A stretch of 64,000 bases of DNA, from contig PXRX01000043.1 in NCBI GenBank assembly GCA_003023195.1, forward strand, positions 16,643 through 80,642, in the 5' to 3' direction. Each line of letters begins with the position of its first letter. Position 1 is the stretch's first letter. The notes beneath the pieces are model-generated. The model saw nothing but the letters and a program-made list of their open reading frames with translations, had not been told where the DNA came from and ran no database searches. The DNA comes from Halobacteriales archaeon QS_8_69_26. Its GTDB lineage: Archaea > Halobacteriota > Halobacteria > Halobacteriales > SW-7-71-33. Positions 1 through 8,917 of the stretch are shown piece after piece. The position numbers were made by a program, and so were the translations under genes.

Positions 1-716
1 TGGTAGACCCCCGCCGCGTTGACCATCTCGATTTCCACGAGGACCGGGCGCCCGTCGCCCTCCTTCAGCGAGACCTTCCGGATCGCACGGCTCGACAGGG
101 TGTCGATGCTCCGCCCGCCGCGCTGGTAGGGGATCCGGGACCGGCCACGCTCCATGTCGAGGGCGTCGGCGACCCTGACCACGCCGGCCTCGGTGGTCAG
201 CGGCTCCTCGGGCGTGTGGTGACAGAGGATCGCGTGGAGCACCTCCGCCTTGACCCGGACCGCCTCGGGCGTGTCGTAGAACTCCGGGAGGATCCGGTCC
301 ATCACGTCCGACGCCAGCGGGATGGAGTAGTAGGGGTGGTCGTCGCGGTGGACGACGTGGCCGATGTCGTGGAGTTCGGCCGCGAGCGCGATGACGACCG
401 CCTCGTCGGCCTCGTCCAGGCCCTGCCCGGTGGCGCCGTTGAACTCGACCCCGCCGCGCTTGAGCAGGTCGTACAGACACAGCGCCCTGTTTCGGACGAT
501 CCAGATGTGCTTCTTGCCGTGGTCGTTGTACCCCTTTCGCTTGACCGGGTTGACGTTCTGGGCCTCCAGGAGCGCGGTAATCTCTTCGTCGTCGGTCAGC
601 GCCGGGAGGATCCGGTTGACCTTCTCGTCGGGAAAGGCGTGGTCGTCGTCGGGGTCGTAGACCCGGCCCCCCTCGCCGGCCTCCCCGTCGTTTCCGACGT
701 CGTCGCGTTCACTCAT
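1..716 (-). CDS. HD-domain metal-dependent phosphohydrolase (C-terminus runs off the left edge)
   Basis: Absent from the ORF track because no stop lies inside the window. My reverse-strand translation from the ATG (cat at 714-716) gives MSERDDVGNDGEAGEGGRVYDPDDDHAFPDEKVNRILPALTDDEEITALLEAQNVNPVKRKGYNDHGKKHIWIVRNRAL...LAAELHDIGHVVHRDDH...HAILCHHTPEE. These are HD-superfamily His/Asp ligands, and third codon positions are G/C-rich. The + ORF 216..875 is its antisense shadow. Confidence 0.75.
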   Translation of the reverse strand, partial: MSERDDVGNDGEAGEGGRVYDPDDDHAFPDEKVNRILPALTDDEEITALLEAQNVNPVKRKGYNDHGKKHIWIVRNRALCLYDLLKRGGVEFNGATGQGLDEADEAVVIALAAELHDIGHVVHRDDHPYYSIPLASDVMDRILPEFYDTPEAVRVKAEVLHAILCHHTPEEPLTTEAGVVRVADALDMERGRSRIPYQRGGRSIDTLSSRAIRKVSLKEGDGRPVLVEIEMVNAAGVY

Positions 717-954
717 GTTTTCCATTCGTTACCCGAGAAGAAAAAATCGGGGGATCACCCAACTTCACGCGGTTTCCGTGCGGACCCCCGCGAGCGAGGT
801 GCGGATCGGGCGAGGTCACTGGTCCGGGGACCACCCTGCCCGCCCCGTCAGATGGACGGAGTCCCTGCTGGGTGACCGGATCGACGAAACCCTCGCCGTG
901 GGATCGACGGAAGGAACGACGGTACCGGACGGGTCGGAGAGCGGCGACCTGGGA

Positions 955-1545
955 TCAGTCCTCGTCCTCTTCCTCGACGACCTCGGGGTCCGCGAGCGCC
1001 GACTGGAGGCTGTCGAGTCCGTTGAGCCACTCGGTGACGTAGCCGTAGTCCAGCGACTCGGCGATGGACATGTCCAGGTCCTGTTCGGCCGCGACGAGGG
1101 TGCCCGCCTGGGCCACGTAGCCGAAGGCGGCGTCGAGGTCCTCCTCCGCCTCGGCGTCGGCGGCGGCCCGCAGGTACTCCTCGATGGACGCCTCCTCGGC
1201 CGGTCCGCCGGTGACGTAGCGCATCGCGCTCTCGAAGACGCAGGTCAGGGAGGTCTGGACTCCCTCGACCAGCATCGCGGTGTCCTCGTCGTCGACGGCC
1301 ACGTCGTCGAGGACGATGGCCCGCATCTCGTCGAGTTCTTCGAGGGTCTCCTCCTCGTCGAGTTCGCCGTCGTCGTAGGCCATCAACACCTTCGCGACGG
1401 CCAGGGCGGTGTCGTCCTGCATGTTCAACAGGAGCCGCGCCGAGTCTTCGTCCTCCGGGTCGACCTCGGTATCGCGGATCCGTTCGACCCAGTTCTGCCA
1501 CCGCTCCTCCGAGTAGAACTCGTTCGGGGAGGTGCTCATACTCAA
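955..1545 (-). CDS. conserved acidic cytoplasmic protein, function unknown
   Basis: 196-aa track ORF, strongly D/E-rich (ends EVVEEEDED), with high GC3 and no overlap conflict. I cannot name a motif. Confidence 0.65.
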   Translation of the reverse strand: MSMSTSPNEFYSEERWQNWVERIRDTEVDPEDEDSARLLLNMQDDTALAVAKVLMAYDDGELDEEETLEELDEMRAIVLDDVAVDDEDTAMLVEGVQTSLTCVFESAMRYVTGGPAEEASIEEYLRAAADAEAEEDLDAAFGYVAQAGTLVAAEQDLDMSIAESLDYGYVTEWLNGLDSLQSALADPEVVEEEDED

Positions 1546-1711
1546 GGGTGATCAGGCCCGTTGAAAATCCTTTCTCTCGCGGTCCGGATCCTGCCGGTCG
1601 CCGGTGGGCTGTACGCGCCGAATCGCCAGTTTCCACCAGGGATCGCCCCGAGATTTTCCCCCTCGGGTGAGCCGTCGCTCGCCCGCCGACTGCTGAAGCC
1701 AGGAGACAGTA

Positions 1712-2554
1712 TCACTCCAGCGTCGCCTCGGTGTCGATCCCGTACACATCGCGGGGCGTCTCGACGTGGGCGGTGCGGACCGCCTCGTCGTACCCCTCCT
1801 CCAGCAGCCACCGCACCCGCCGGGGGACCGTCCTGGGCCCCATCACCGCGCCCGGCTTGTCCGGGTCGTCGACGAAGTCGGTCTCCATCAGGAACGGATC
1901 GCCGGCCTCGGCCGCCCGTTCCAGCCGGTCTTTCTCGCTCATCACGCTCGGGACCGCCCCCGCCAGGCGGCCGTACGCGTAGTGCTTGACGACGTTTCCC
2001 GGATCCAGCCCGGCTTCGCTCGCCAGGTCCGCGATGTCGGTCAGGTCCTCGCTGGCCTCGGTGTGGAGCTGGACCGCACAGCCCACCTCGGCGCCCAGTT
2101 CGAAGGCGTGGGCCATCACGTCGTTCGAGGCCGCCCAGACGGCGTCGGACACGTCGTAGTGCGGGCGGCCGGACTTCAGCGCCAGCGCCCGGCCGTCCTC
2201 GACGTACTCCGCGGCGACCGACAGGCCGTCCTGCATGAGGTTCCTTGCCTCCGCCGGGTCGTGCCCCTCGTCGTCGACCAGTTTCGAGACGAGTCCGGGG
2301 TGGACGCCGAGCACCGGCCACGCCCGGCCGTCCAGCACCCCCGTCGCGCGCTCGACGGCCTCGATGGTCGCCTCGAAGACCGGCCGCCAGTCGTCGCCCC
2401 GTTCCGGGACCGGCCCGAGGTGCCAGGACGGCTTGTTCACCACCAGCAGGTGGGTGCCGCCGCTGCGGGCGAAGTCCTCGACGGCGTCGATCCCCCTCCC
2501 GTGTTCGGGGTCGAGGTGGAGGTGGTCGTCCAGCACCGGCGTGTCCAGGTCCAT
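1712..2554 (-). CDS. TatD-family metal-dependent hydrolase
   Basis: Track ORF 1712..3379 is a composite. Its first ~275 aa are R/P/T-rich and overlap the methyltransferase gene. From the internal ATG (cat 2552-2554) the product reads MDLDTPVLDDHLHLDPEHGRG...VQLHTEASED...LMETDFVDD. This has the N-terminal HxH and the later His/Asp ligands typical of TatD/amidohydrolases. The 843 nt are in frame. Confidence 0.75.
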   Translation of the reverse strand: MDLDTPVLDDHLHLDPEHGRGIDAVEDFARSGGTHLLVVNKPSWHLGPVPERGDDWRPVFEATIEAVERATGVLDGRAWPVLGVHPGLVSKLVDDEGHDPAEARNLMQDGLSVAAEYVEDGRALALKSGRPHYDVSDAVWAASNDVMAHAFELGAEVGCAVQLHTEASEDLTDIADLASEAGLDPGNVVKHYAYGRLAGAVPSVMSEKDRLERAAEAGDPFLMETDFVDDPDKPGAVMGPRTVPRRVRWLLEEGYDEAVRTAHVETPRDVYGIDTEATLE

Positions 2555-2642
2555 GCCTGATCGGGGGTGGATAGGGTCCCGCGCCGCCTTATGTCGCGTG
2601 GTTCGACGGCCCGCCGACCGGAGGGTCGTGTCCGGACCCCCC

Positions 2643-3407
2643 TCAGTCCCCGGCCCCGGATCCAGGTTCGACCTCGGCGTAACAGTTGCCGCTGGAGACC
2701 CACGACTCCCGGACGCGGAGGTCGCTCGCCGCCAGGTCCGCCGCGAACTCGTCGGGGTCGTAGACGTGGTAGAACCGGTCGACCGTCTGCCCGTCCGGGA
2801 GCGTCCAGTCGACGGTGGTGTCGAACCCCTCCTCGCGGTCGAACCGGTCGTGGGTCGTGGCCCAGGCCGACACCAGCGCCCGACCCCCCGGGGCCAGTAC
2901 CCGGCCGAGTTCGTCGAGGCTCGCGACCCGGCGCGACCGGTCCGGGAGGTGGTGGACCGTCGCGACGTAGGCCGCCAGGTCCACCCGGTCGTCCCTGACC
3001 GGGAGGGTCGCGGCGTCGGCCTGGATCCGATCGAACCGTGCGGCGTCGGCCGCCTCGCCGTCGGCCAGTCGGTCCCCGGCGACCGCCAGGAGCGGCCTGC
3101 TGACGTCGACACAGAGGACCCGCCCGACCCGTTCGGCCAGGACCGCGGCGTGGCGGCCGTTCCCACAGCCGACGTCGAGGCCGACTGTCCCGTCGGGGCT
3201 GGCGTCCACGAACTCCCGCACCTCGGGCCAGGGGCTGTGGCGGGTCTTCGCGAAGTGTTCCGCGATGCGGTCGTAGGTCTCCCGGACGGTCGCCGGATCG
3301 CGGGGCAGGTTCCCGGCGTCGGCGGTCCGGTCGCGGTCCGGTTCGTCGGCGTCGTCGGCCCCGTCTCGGCGCGGTTCACCGGCGCCGGGAGGGGTGTCGG
3401 GGGCCAT
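2643..3407 (-). CDS. class I SAM-dependent methyltransferase (Trm9/type-11-like)
   Basis: 254-aa ORF with motif I VGLDVGCGNGR and post-I CVDVS. The remaining layout (RVLAPGGRALVS) is typical of small RNA/small-molecule methyltransferases. Confidence 0.8.
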   Translation of the reverse strand: MAPDTPPGAGEPRRDGADDADEPDRDRTADAGNLPRDPATVRETYDRIAEHFAKTRHSPWPEVREFVDASPDGTVGLDVGCGNGRHAAVLAERVGRVLCVDVSRPLLAVAGDRLADGEAADAARFDRIQADAATLPVRDDRVDLAAYVATVHHLPDRSRRVASLDELGRVLAPGGRALVSAWATTHDRFDREEGFDTTVDWTLPDGQTVDRFYHVYDPDEFAADLAASDLRVRESWVSSGNCYAEVEPGSGAGD

Positions 3408-3413
3408 CGGGGG

Positions 3414-5717
3414 CTACAGCAGGAGGAGGAAGGTCACGTAGCCGATGGCGACCAGGACGGTCACGTGTTTCGCACCGTTGCGGACGTCGCCGGCGCTCAA
3501 CTGGCCGCCGATGAGCCCGGAGCAGGCACCCTGGATGACGGCGGTGTGGAGGAACAGTTGCTGGTAGGCCGCCTCGTCGAGTTCGCCGAGTTGCGAGACG
3601 ACCGGGACCGGGTTCGTCTCTCCGCCGGCACCCGACCCCGCGGTGACCGACGACTCGGGGAGGCTGGGGATCAGCACCTCGTTGAGCACGCCGACGATGA
3701 ACAGGAACACGAAGAAGGCGACGTAGACGACCATCAGGTAGGTCAGCATCTCCTGGCGGCGGTCGCGCTTGAGCCGCCGGTCGGCCTTGGCCTGGTTGGC
3801 CGCGATCCGCAGGACGGTTCCGAGGTTGCCCGAGGCCTTCATCGCCTCGGTCATCAGCGTGACCACTCGCGAGACGCTCTCGGTCCTGATCCGCGACTCG
3901 AAGCGCTTGAGTGCCGTCTCGACGTCGGCCCCCCACTGGATGTCGTGCCAGACGATGTCGAGTTCGTCGTCCAGTGCCCCGAGTTCGGTCCCCCGGACCC
4001 GGCGGAGACTCTCGACGACGGTCATGCCGGCCTCGTTGAGACTCGCCAGCCTGTCCAGGAAGTCCGGGATGGTGCGCTCGATGGCCTCTATCCGGCGAGT
4101 GTGGATCTCGTAGGCGATGGCGAAGGTCCCCGACAGGAAGAGCAGCGACTGGATCAGCAGGTCGTCGAGTTCGCCGACCGTGAGCGTCCCGTCGGCGATG
4201 AGCGTGGGAAGCCGGATCCCGACCAGGAACACCGCCAGCGGGAAGGTCACCCACAGGAGACTGGTCGGCCGGCGGATCACGGTCCTGATGGGCTGGCCGA
4301 GGCGGCGCTGTAGTTCCCGGAACCGCTTGTAGGCCTCGAGCCGTTCGATGTTGGCCCGGTCGCGCTGGACGGTCTCGGTGTCGCGGTAGCCCGCGCCCGA
4401 CCGGCCGTCCCTGTCGTCGTCCTCGGCACCGGACCGGTCCGTTCCGGTGTCGGTGGACTGGTCCGTCCCGGTGGTGCCGGACTGGTCCATACCGGCGGTG
4501 TCCGACGGCTCCGCTCCCGGGTCGGTGCCGCCGTCGGCGATCCGGGGGGGAGCCGCGGTCCCGGCGGCGTCGGACGGGTCGAGGCCCGCCTCGTCGGCCA
4601 CGTCGTCGACCCTGCGCACCCCCTCGGGACGCATCGCTATCTCTATCTCCTCCTCGGTCGGGTCCCGTCGCGAGAGGTTGTCGACGACCGTCGAGAGGTA
4701 GACGATGAACCCGAGGTTCCCCAGGGGGATGACGACGTAGGTGATGAGCCGCAGGATCGGCAGGGCGTCGCCGATCGTTATCCCGATAACGACGAGGAGG
4801 GTGATGAGAAAGAGCGGGCCGGCGACGCCGAGGGTGACGTAGGCCTCGGCCAGCGTCGCCAGCAACTCCAGGAGCCGCTCCTGCTGTGCCTCGGCCTCCT
4901 GGCGGTACTCGTTGTACTGGCGGTGGAGGAACTCGGAGAGGGACCCGCCTGTCTGGAGGACCGAGGAGAGGTTCTCGGCGAACTCCCGGAACTTCCCGGA
5001 CGGGGAGCGCCGGGCCATCGTCTGGACCGCGGTGACGACGTCCATCCCGAACACGTCGATGTTCCGGACGGCGACCCCGACCTCCTCGGCGGCGTGCCCG
5101 TAGACGTGGTCGTTCTCGGCCAGGATCCGCATCACCTGCGGAAACGCCATCCCCGACCGGGAGAGCGCGTAGATGAACGAGACGGTCATCGGCATGCTGA
5201 TGTCGATCTGTCGCTCGCGCTCGTCGGCGACGTACCTGGGGACGTACCACCGGTAGCCGATGACCGACACCGCAGTGAGCAGTCCCAGTAGTAGCCCTGC
5301 CCCGACGTTGTAGGCGGTCAGCGTCGGTCCGTCCGGGGTCGTCGCCCCCATGTGGACCGCCAGGAACTGGAGGCTGTCGGGGAGGTACTCGACCCCGGTC
5401 GCCTCGGGCAACCCGAGCAGGATGAACAGTCCCCACATGAGGTAGATCCCCGCGATACCGCCGAAAACTCCCCAGACCAGCCCACGGAGGCCGGTCTCGG
5501 CGGCGTACTGCCGGTAGGTGGTGGCCATGTGCGCCGCCCTGAGGTTCGCCCGCCGCTGCTGGCGACGCCGCTCGGAGACGGTGTCCGCGAGGTTCCCGAA
5601 CAGGAGTATCGCCAGCCGGGTCGTGAACCGGTCCAGGGGCGGCCAGGCCGGCGCCAGCACCACCGGCAGGACGAGGAGGACCGCGAGCGCCAGCGGGAAG
5701 AACTGGATCGCGCCCAT
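3414..5717 (-). CDS. pilC: type IV pilus/archaellum-type membrane platform protein (T2SS-F / FlaJ / TadC / PilC family)
   Basis: 767-aa polytopic membrane protein with two T2SSF-like halves. The halves are joined by a D/T/G/S-rich linker (…DPSDAAGTAAPP…GTDQSTDTGTDRSG…). It starts 2 nt after the ATPase gene stop, which indicates an operon. Confidence 0.8.
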   Translation of the reverse strand: MGAIQFFPLALAVLLVLPVVLAPAWPPLDRFTTRLAILLFGNLADTVSERRRQQRRANLRAAHMATTYRQYAAETGLRGLVWGVFGGIAGIYLMWGLFILLGLPEATGVEYLPDSLQFLAVHMGATTPDGPTLTAYNVGAGLLLGLLTAVSVIGYRWYVPRYVADERERQIDISMPMTVSFIYALSRSGMAFPQVMRILAENDHVYGHAAEEVGVAVRNIDVFGMDVVTAVQTMARRSPSGKFREFAENLSSVLQTGGSLSEFLHRQYNEYRQEAEAQQERLLELLATLAEAYVTLGVAGPLFLITLLVVIGITIGDALPILRLITYVVIPLGNLGFIVYLSTVVDNLSRRDPTEEEIEIAMRPEGVRRVDDVADEAGLDPSDAAGTAAPPRIADGGTDPGAEPSDTAGMDQSGTTGTDQSTDTGTDRSGAEDDDRDGRSGAGYRDTETVQRDRANIERLEAYKRFRELQRRLGQPIRTVIRRPTSLLWVTFPLAVFLVGIRLPTLIADGTLTVGELDDLLIQSLLFLSGTFAIAYEIHTRRIEAIERTIPDFLDRLASLNEAGMTVVESLRRVRGTELGALDDELDIVWHDIQWGADVETALKRFESRIRTESVSRVVTLMTEAMKASGNLGTVLRIAANQAKADRRLKRDRRQEMLTYLMVVYVAFFVFLFIVGVLNEVLIPSLPESSVTAGSGAGGETNPVPVVSQLGELDEAAYQQLFLHTAVIQGACSGLIGGQLSAGDVRNGAKHVTVLVAIGYVTFLLLL

Positions 5718-5718
5718 C

Positions 5719-7410
5719 TCAGTCCGACCCCGCCAGCCCCACGCTGGGTTCGTCCTCCTCTATCATCGTCATGACCGTCTCCGAGTCGGCGTAGTACTCG
5801 TTGATCATGGCGGTGAACCGGCGGTAGTCGGTGACGCCCCGGTCCCAGAGGTACCGGAGCACCCGCCGGCGGTCCCGCAGTTCCGAGAGGAGTTCGCCCT
5901 GGCTCCACCCTTCGTCGTCGCGTATCTCCTTGAGCACCTCCGAGCCGCTGGAGTTGAACGTGTCCTCGTCGGCGTCCCAGGTGAACGCCGTCGAGTAGTC
6001 CAGTTCTCCTGTCCGCTGGTCGATGCCCTCTATCTCCGCGACGGACTTGTTCCGGCGGACCCGCTCGCCCTCCAGGCGGGTGAGTTGCTGGACGCAGAGC
6101 ACGTCCAGGGACTGCACCATCGCCCGCGGGACGTTGATCGGTTCGTTCTCCAGGCGGTTGATGGTCGTGCGCACCGAGTCGGCGTGCATCGTCGAGTAGG
6201 TGGTGTGACCGGTGTTCATCGCCTGGAACAGGGTAATGGCCTCCTCGCCGCGCACCTCGCCGACGATGATGTACTCCGGGCGGTGGCGCAGCGCCGACCG
6301 CAGGAGGTCGTACATGGTGATGTCCGACCCCTCGTGGATCCGCTCGCGGGTCACCGAGGACAGCCAGTTGTCGTGGTACAGCGAGAGTTCGCGGGTGTCC
6401 TCGATGGACAGCACCTTCGCCCGCGGGGGGATGAACATCGAGACGGCGTTCATGCTCGTGGTCTTGCCCGACGCCGTCCCGCCCGCGAAGATGAGCGAGC
6501 GGTTGTGCTCGATGCAGAGCCACAGGTAGGCCATCTGCTCGACGTCGAACGTGCCGTACTCCAGCAGGTCGATGGGGGTGAACGGCTCGTCCGAGTACTT
6601 CCGGACCGTGAAGGCCGACCCCCGGGGGGTCACCTCCTTGCCGAGCGCGAGTTCGGCCCGGGAGCCGTCCGGGAGGGTCGTCTCGACCAGGGGTTCGCCG
6701 ATGGAGATGTGCCGGCCCGACTGCTGGGCGAGTCTGACCACGAAGTCGTCGAGTTCCTGCTGGGTGAACGAGACGTTGGTCTCGATGTCGGTGTGCTCGT
6801 CGTGGTAGACGAAGATAGGGAGGTCGTAGCCGTCACAGGAGACGTCCTCGACGTGCGGGTCGTGCATGATCGGATCCAGCTTTCCGAACCCGCGAAAGGA
6901 CCGGTAGAGGTAGTAGAACAGCCGGTAGAACGTGTTCAGGTCCACGTCGACGCCGTAGCGTTCGAGGTGGTCCTCCAGGCCCTCCTTGAGCGTCGCCTCG
7001 ATGTCTATCTGGCGCTCGGAGAAGTCGTCCCGGTAGATGAGCGGGTCGCGGATGTCCTCGAACAGCGTCTCAAGGAGTTCGTACTCGGCCTCGTTCAGTT
7101 CGGGCTCGACGACGTAGTAGAGGTGGGCGCTCCCCTCGGGGTCGTAGTTGATGGAGACGAACGCGAAGGGCGCGTTCAGCCAGTAGCGCTCCACCTCCTC
7201 GTACCCGCCCAGTCCCTCGAAGTTCACCACCGGACCGTGCACGGTCGGGTCGTAGTTGACCACCTCCAGGGACGTGCCACGGAGCATCTCGAACGCCCGG
7301 ACGATCCGCCGCCACGGGGCGAACCCCTCCGTCTCCTCGTCGGCCTCCGGCCGCACCGTGTCCTCGCGAGACGGTACGCCGGTCGGGTCCTCGTTTCGTT
7401 CTCTCGACAT
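5719..7410 (-). CDS. pilB: type II/IV secretion-system ATPase (FlaI / PilB / VirB11 family)
   Basis: 563-aa ORF with Walker A GGTASGKTT, Walker B/Asp box (LSIEDTRE) and His box (MNTGHTTYSTMHA). It lies immediately upstream of the platform gene. Confidence 0.9.
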   Translation of the reverse strand: MSRERNEDPTGVPSREDTVRPEADEETEGFAPWRRIVRAFEMLRGTSLEVVNYDPTVHGPVVNFEGLGGYEEVERYWLNAPFAFVSINYDPEGSAHLYYVVEPELNEAEYELLETLFEDIRDPLIYRDDFSERQIDIEATLKEGLEDHLERYGVDVDLNTFYRLFYYLYRSFRGFGKLDPIMHDPHVEDVSCDGYDLPIFVYHDEHTDIETNVSFTQQELDDFVVRLAQQSGRHISIGEPLVETTLPDGSRAELALGKEVTPRGSAFTVRKYSDEPFTPIDLLEYGTFDVEQMAYLWLCIEHNRSLIFAGGTASGKTTSMNAVSMFIPPRAKVLSIEDTRELSLYHDNWLSSVTRERIHEGSDITMYDLLRSALRHRPEYIIVGEVRGEEAITLFQAMNTGHTTYSTMHADSVRTTINRLENEPINVPRAMVQSLDVLCVQQLTRLEGERVRRNKSVAEIEGIDQRTGELDYSTAFTWDADEDTFNSSGSEVLKEIRDDEGWSQGELLSELRDRRRVLRYLWDRGVTDYRRFTAMINEYYADSETVMTMIEEDEPSVGLAGSD

Positions 7411-7549
7411 TTGATCCCCGCCCGCGCTCTGCCCGTCGCGGGCGATTTGTACCGGACGTAGCTCCGCGAAGACTTAAATGGGGTGGCCGGACCGGAGTGG
7501 CGTCCCGTTCGGGGACGCGCGAGACCCCTTTCGCGGTACTCCGGTCGCG

Positions 7550-8179
7550 CTACTCGGGGTCGGTCCCGGCGTCGCTCCCCTCGTCCAGGTCGCCGTCACT
7601 CTCGACGGCCGTCTCCGTGGCCGGCGCGCGTTCGACCGTCAGCAACGTGTACGCGAACACCCACAGCAGGGCGGTCCCGACCGGGATCGGGAACCCCGGG
7701 AGGTCGCTCTGGACGAACAGCCAGGTCGCCCAGGTCAGCACCAGTGCCCCGACTCCCAGCAGTGCCCCCATCGTCCGGACGGGGTCGACCGGGAGTCGCT
7801 CATCGACGCCGTCCTCGTCGGCGTACATCGCGAGGCTCAACAGGACCGCCAGGCCGACGACCCCCGCTCCGATCGCCCAGGTGACGTTGACCCCGACGAT
7901 GTTCAGGCCGACGCCCTCCGGGGAGGTGGCCGCCGTAACGGGGTCCGCCACCCAGATCCCCTGGACGAGTTCGAACCCGGTCTGGCGGAACGACTGGACC
8001 TCGCCGTCCACCTCGACGGTCGGGAGCCAGGTGAACTGGACCTGGAGGAACGGGAACCGGACGAACAGCGTGCTCCCCAGCGGCCCGAACTCCGAGTAGG
8101 TGACGTTCCAGGGTAACAGCGCCGACAGCCAGGCCGACAGGACGGCGAGTTCCCCGGCGTACTCCGATCTGACCCACAT
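7550..8179 (-). CDS. polytopic membrane protein with acidic tail, function unknown
   Basis: 209-aa ORF with about 5 hydrophobic segments (AVLSAWLSALLPW, AIGAGVVGLAVLLSLA, ALLGVGALVLTWATWLF, GTALLWVFAYTLL) and a DGDLDEGSDAGTDPE tail. Same strand as, and directly upstream of, pilB. Confidence 0.65.
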   Translation of the reverse strand: MWVRSEYAGELAVLSAWLSALLPWNVTYSEFGPLGSTLFVRFPFLQVQFTWLPTVEVDGEVQSFRQTGFELVQGIWVADPVTAATSPEGVGLNIVGVNVTWAIGAGVVGLAVLLSLAMYADEDGVDERLPVDPVRTMGALLGVGALVLTWATWLFVQSDLPGFPIPVGTALLWVFAYTLLTVERAPATETAVESDGDLDEGSDAGTDPE

Positions 8180-8241
8180 GCCCGGAGGGGAGTGCCGGGC
8201 GAGTATAAATCCTCCCCACCCCGACGACGGGGCGTGGCCGT

Positions 8242-8832
8242 TCAGTCGGTGGTCGTCCCGGCGTCCCCCTCGGTCGTCCCCGCTGGATCGTCCGGCGCAT
8301 CCGTCGTCCCCGCTGGATCGTCCGGCGCATCCGTCGTCCCCGCTCCTTCGTCCAGGGTCTCCGTCCCCTCGACGGTCGATCCGGTGGGATCGTCGGCTCC
8401 GTCCGTCCTCCGGGCGGCCTCGTCTCCGTCCGTCCTCCGGGCGGCCTCGTCTCCGGCGTCGCTCCCGGTCGCCTCGTCTCCGTCCGTCCTCCGGGCGGCC
8501 TCGTCTCCGGCGTCGCTCCCGGTCGCCTCGCCGAGGGGACCGTGGATGGTTTCGTGGAACCCGATCACCAGTGCGGGCACCACCACCATGAAAATGTGCT
8601 CCTCGATGGGGATCCCCAGGAGGTCTATTCCGGTCCGGGCGACGATGTCGAACACCCCGACTTCCAGGGTGTACCAGTCCCAGACGTACGCGATGGGGTA
8701 CAGCGCTGCGACGGTCCTGGCGGCCCGGCGGACCGCACCGGCCCTGACCAGGAGCGCCAGGGCGACGCTCCCGAAGACCACCTCGGTGACGATGTAGGTG
8801 TACGGGCCGAGCACCGTGATGTCCGGGAGCAC
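8242..8832 (-). CDS. single lycopene-cyclase-domain (CrtYc/Yd-like) membrane protein with repetitive acidic C-terminal tail
   Basis: Track ORF 8242..9273 overlaps the permease gene. I place the start at GTG (cac 8830-8832), giving MLPDITVLGPYTYIVTEVVFGSVALALLV...YPIAYVWDWYTLEVGVFD...GIPIEEHIFMVVVPALVIGFHE. The WDxxxxxxG...PxEE pattern matches heterodimeric-type lycopene cyclase domains. The last ~95 aa are tandem repeats. Confidence 0.55.
   Translation of the reverse strand: MLPDITVLGPYTYIVTEVVFGSVALALLVRAGAVRRAARTVAALYPIAYVWDWYTLEVGVFDIVARTGIDLLGIPIEEHIFMVVVPALVIGFHETIHGPLGEATGSDAGDEAARRTDGDEATGSDAGDEAARRTDGDEAARRTDGADDPTGSTVEGTETLDEGAGTTDAPDDPAGTTDAPDDPAGTTEGDAGTTTD
8273..8344. repeat. 30-bp tandem repeat x2.4 inside the tail of the cyclase-domain gene
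   Basis: gtcgtccccgctggatcgtccggcgcatcc occurs at 8273 and 8303, with a partial copy at 8333. It encodes GTTDAPDDPA repeats. Confidence 0.9.
8411..8542. repeat. nested 27/54-bp tandem repeats inside the same tail
   Basis: gtccgtcctccgggcggcctcgtctcc occurs at 8411, 8438 and 8492. It alternates with ggcgtcgctcccggtcgcctcgtctcc at 8465 and 8519. Together they encode (ATGSDAGDEAARRTDGDE)n. Confidence 0.9.
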
Positions 8833-8917
8833 GCCCGGACTTGGGTGGGCGGTCGCAAAAACCCTGGCCCGGGCAGTTACAGTAAGATTACAGTATGGGC
8901 CGTTCGGGGGAGCGCGT

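Noticed and set aside
2235-4313. Very long ORFs on the strand opposite to, or out of frame with, the genes called here. Examples are 2235..4313 +, 3376..5436 -, 5518..7461 +, 9579..12998 +, 12056..13930 +, 37554..39845 +, 42411..45467 -, 46791..49268 -, 53038..56880 + and 62213..63571 -.
   Set aside because: Their products are monotonous R/P/G/A/S-rich strings without motifs. They overlap ORFs that carry clear family signatures. Long stop-free shadow frames of this kind are expected in very GC-rich DNA.
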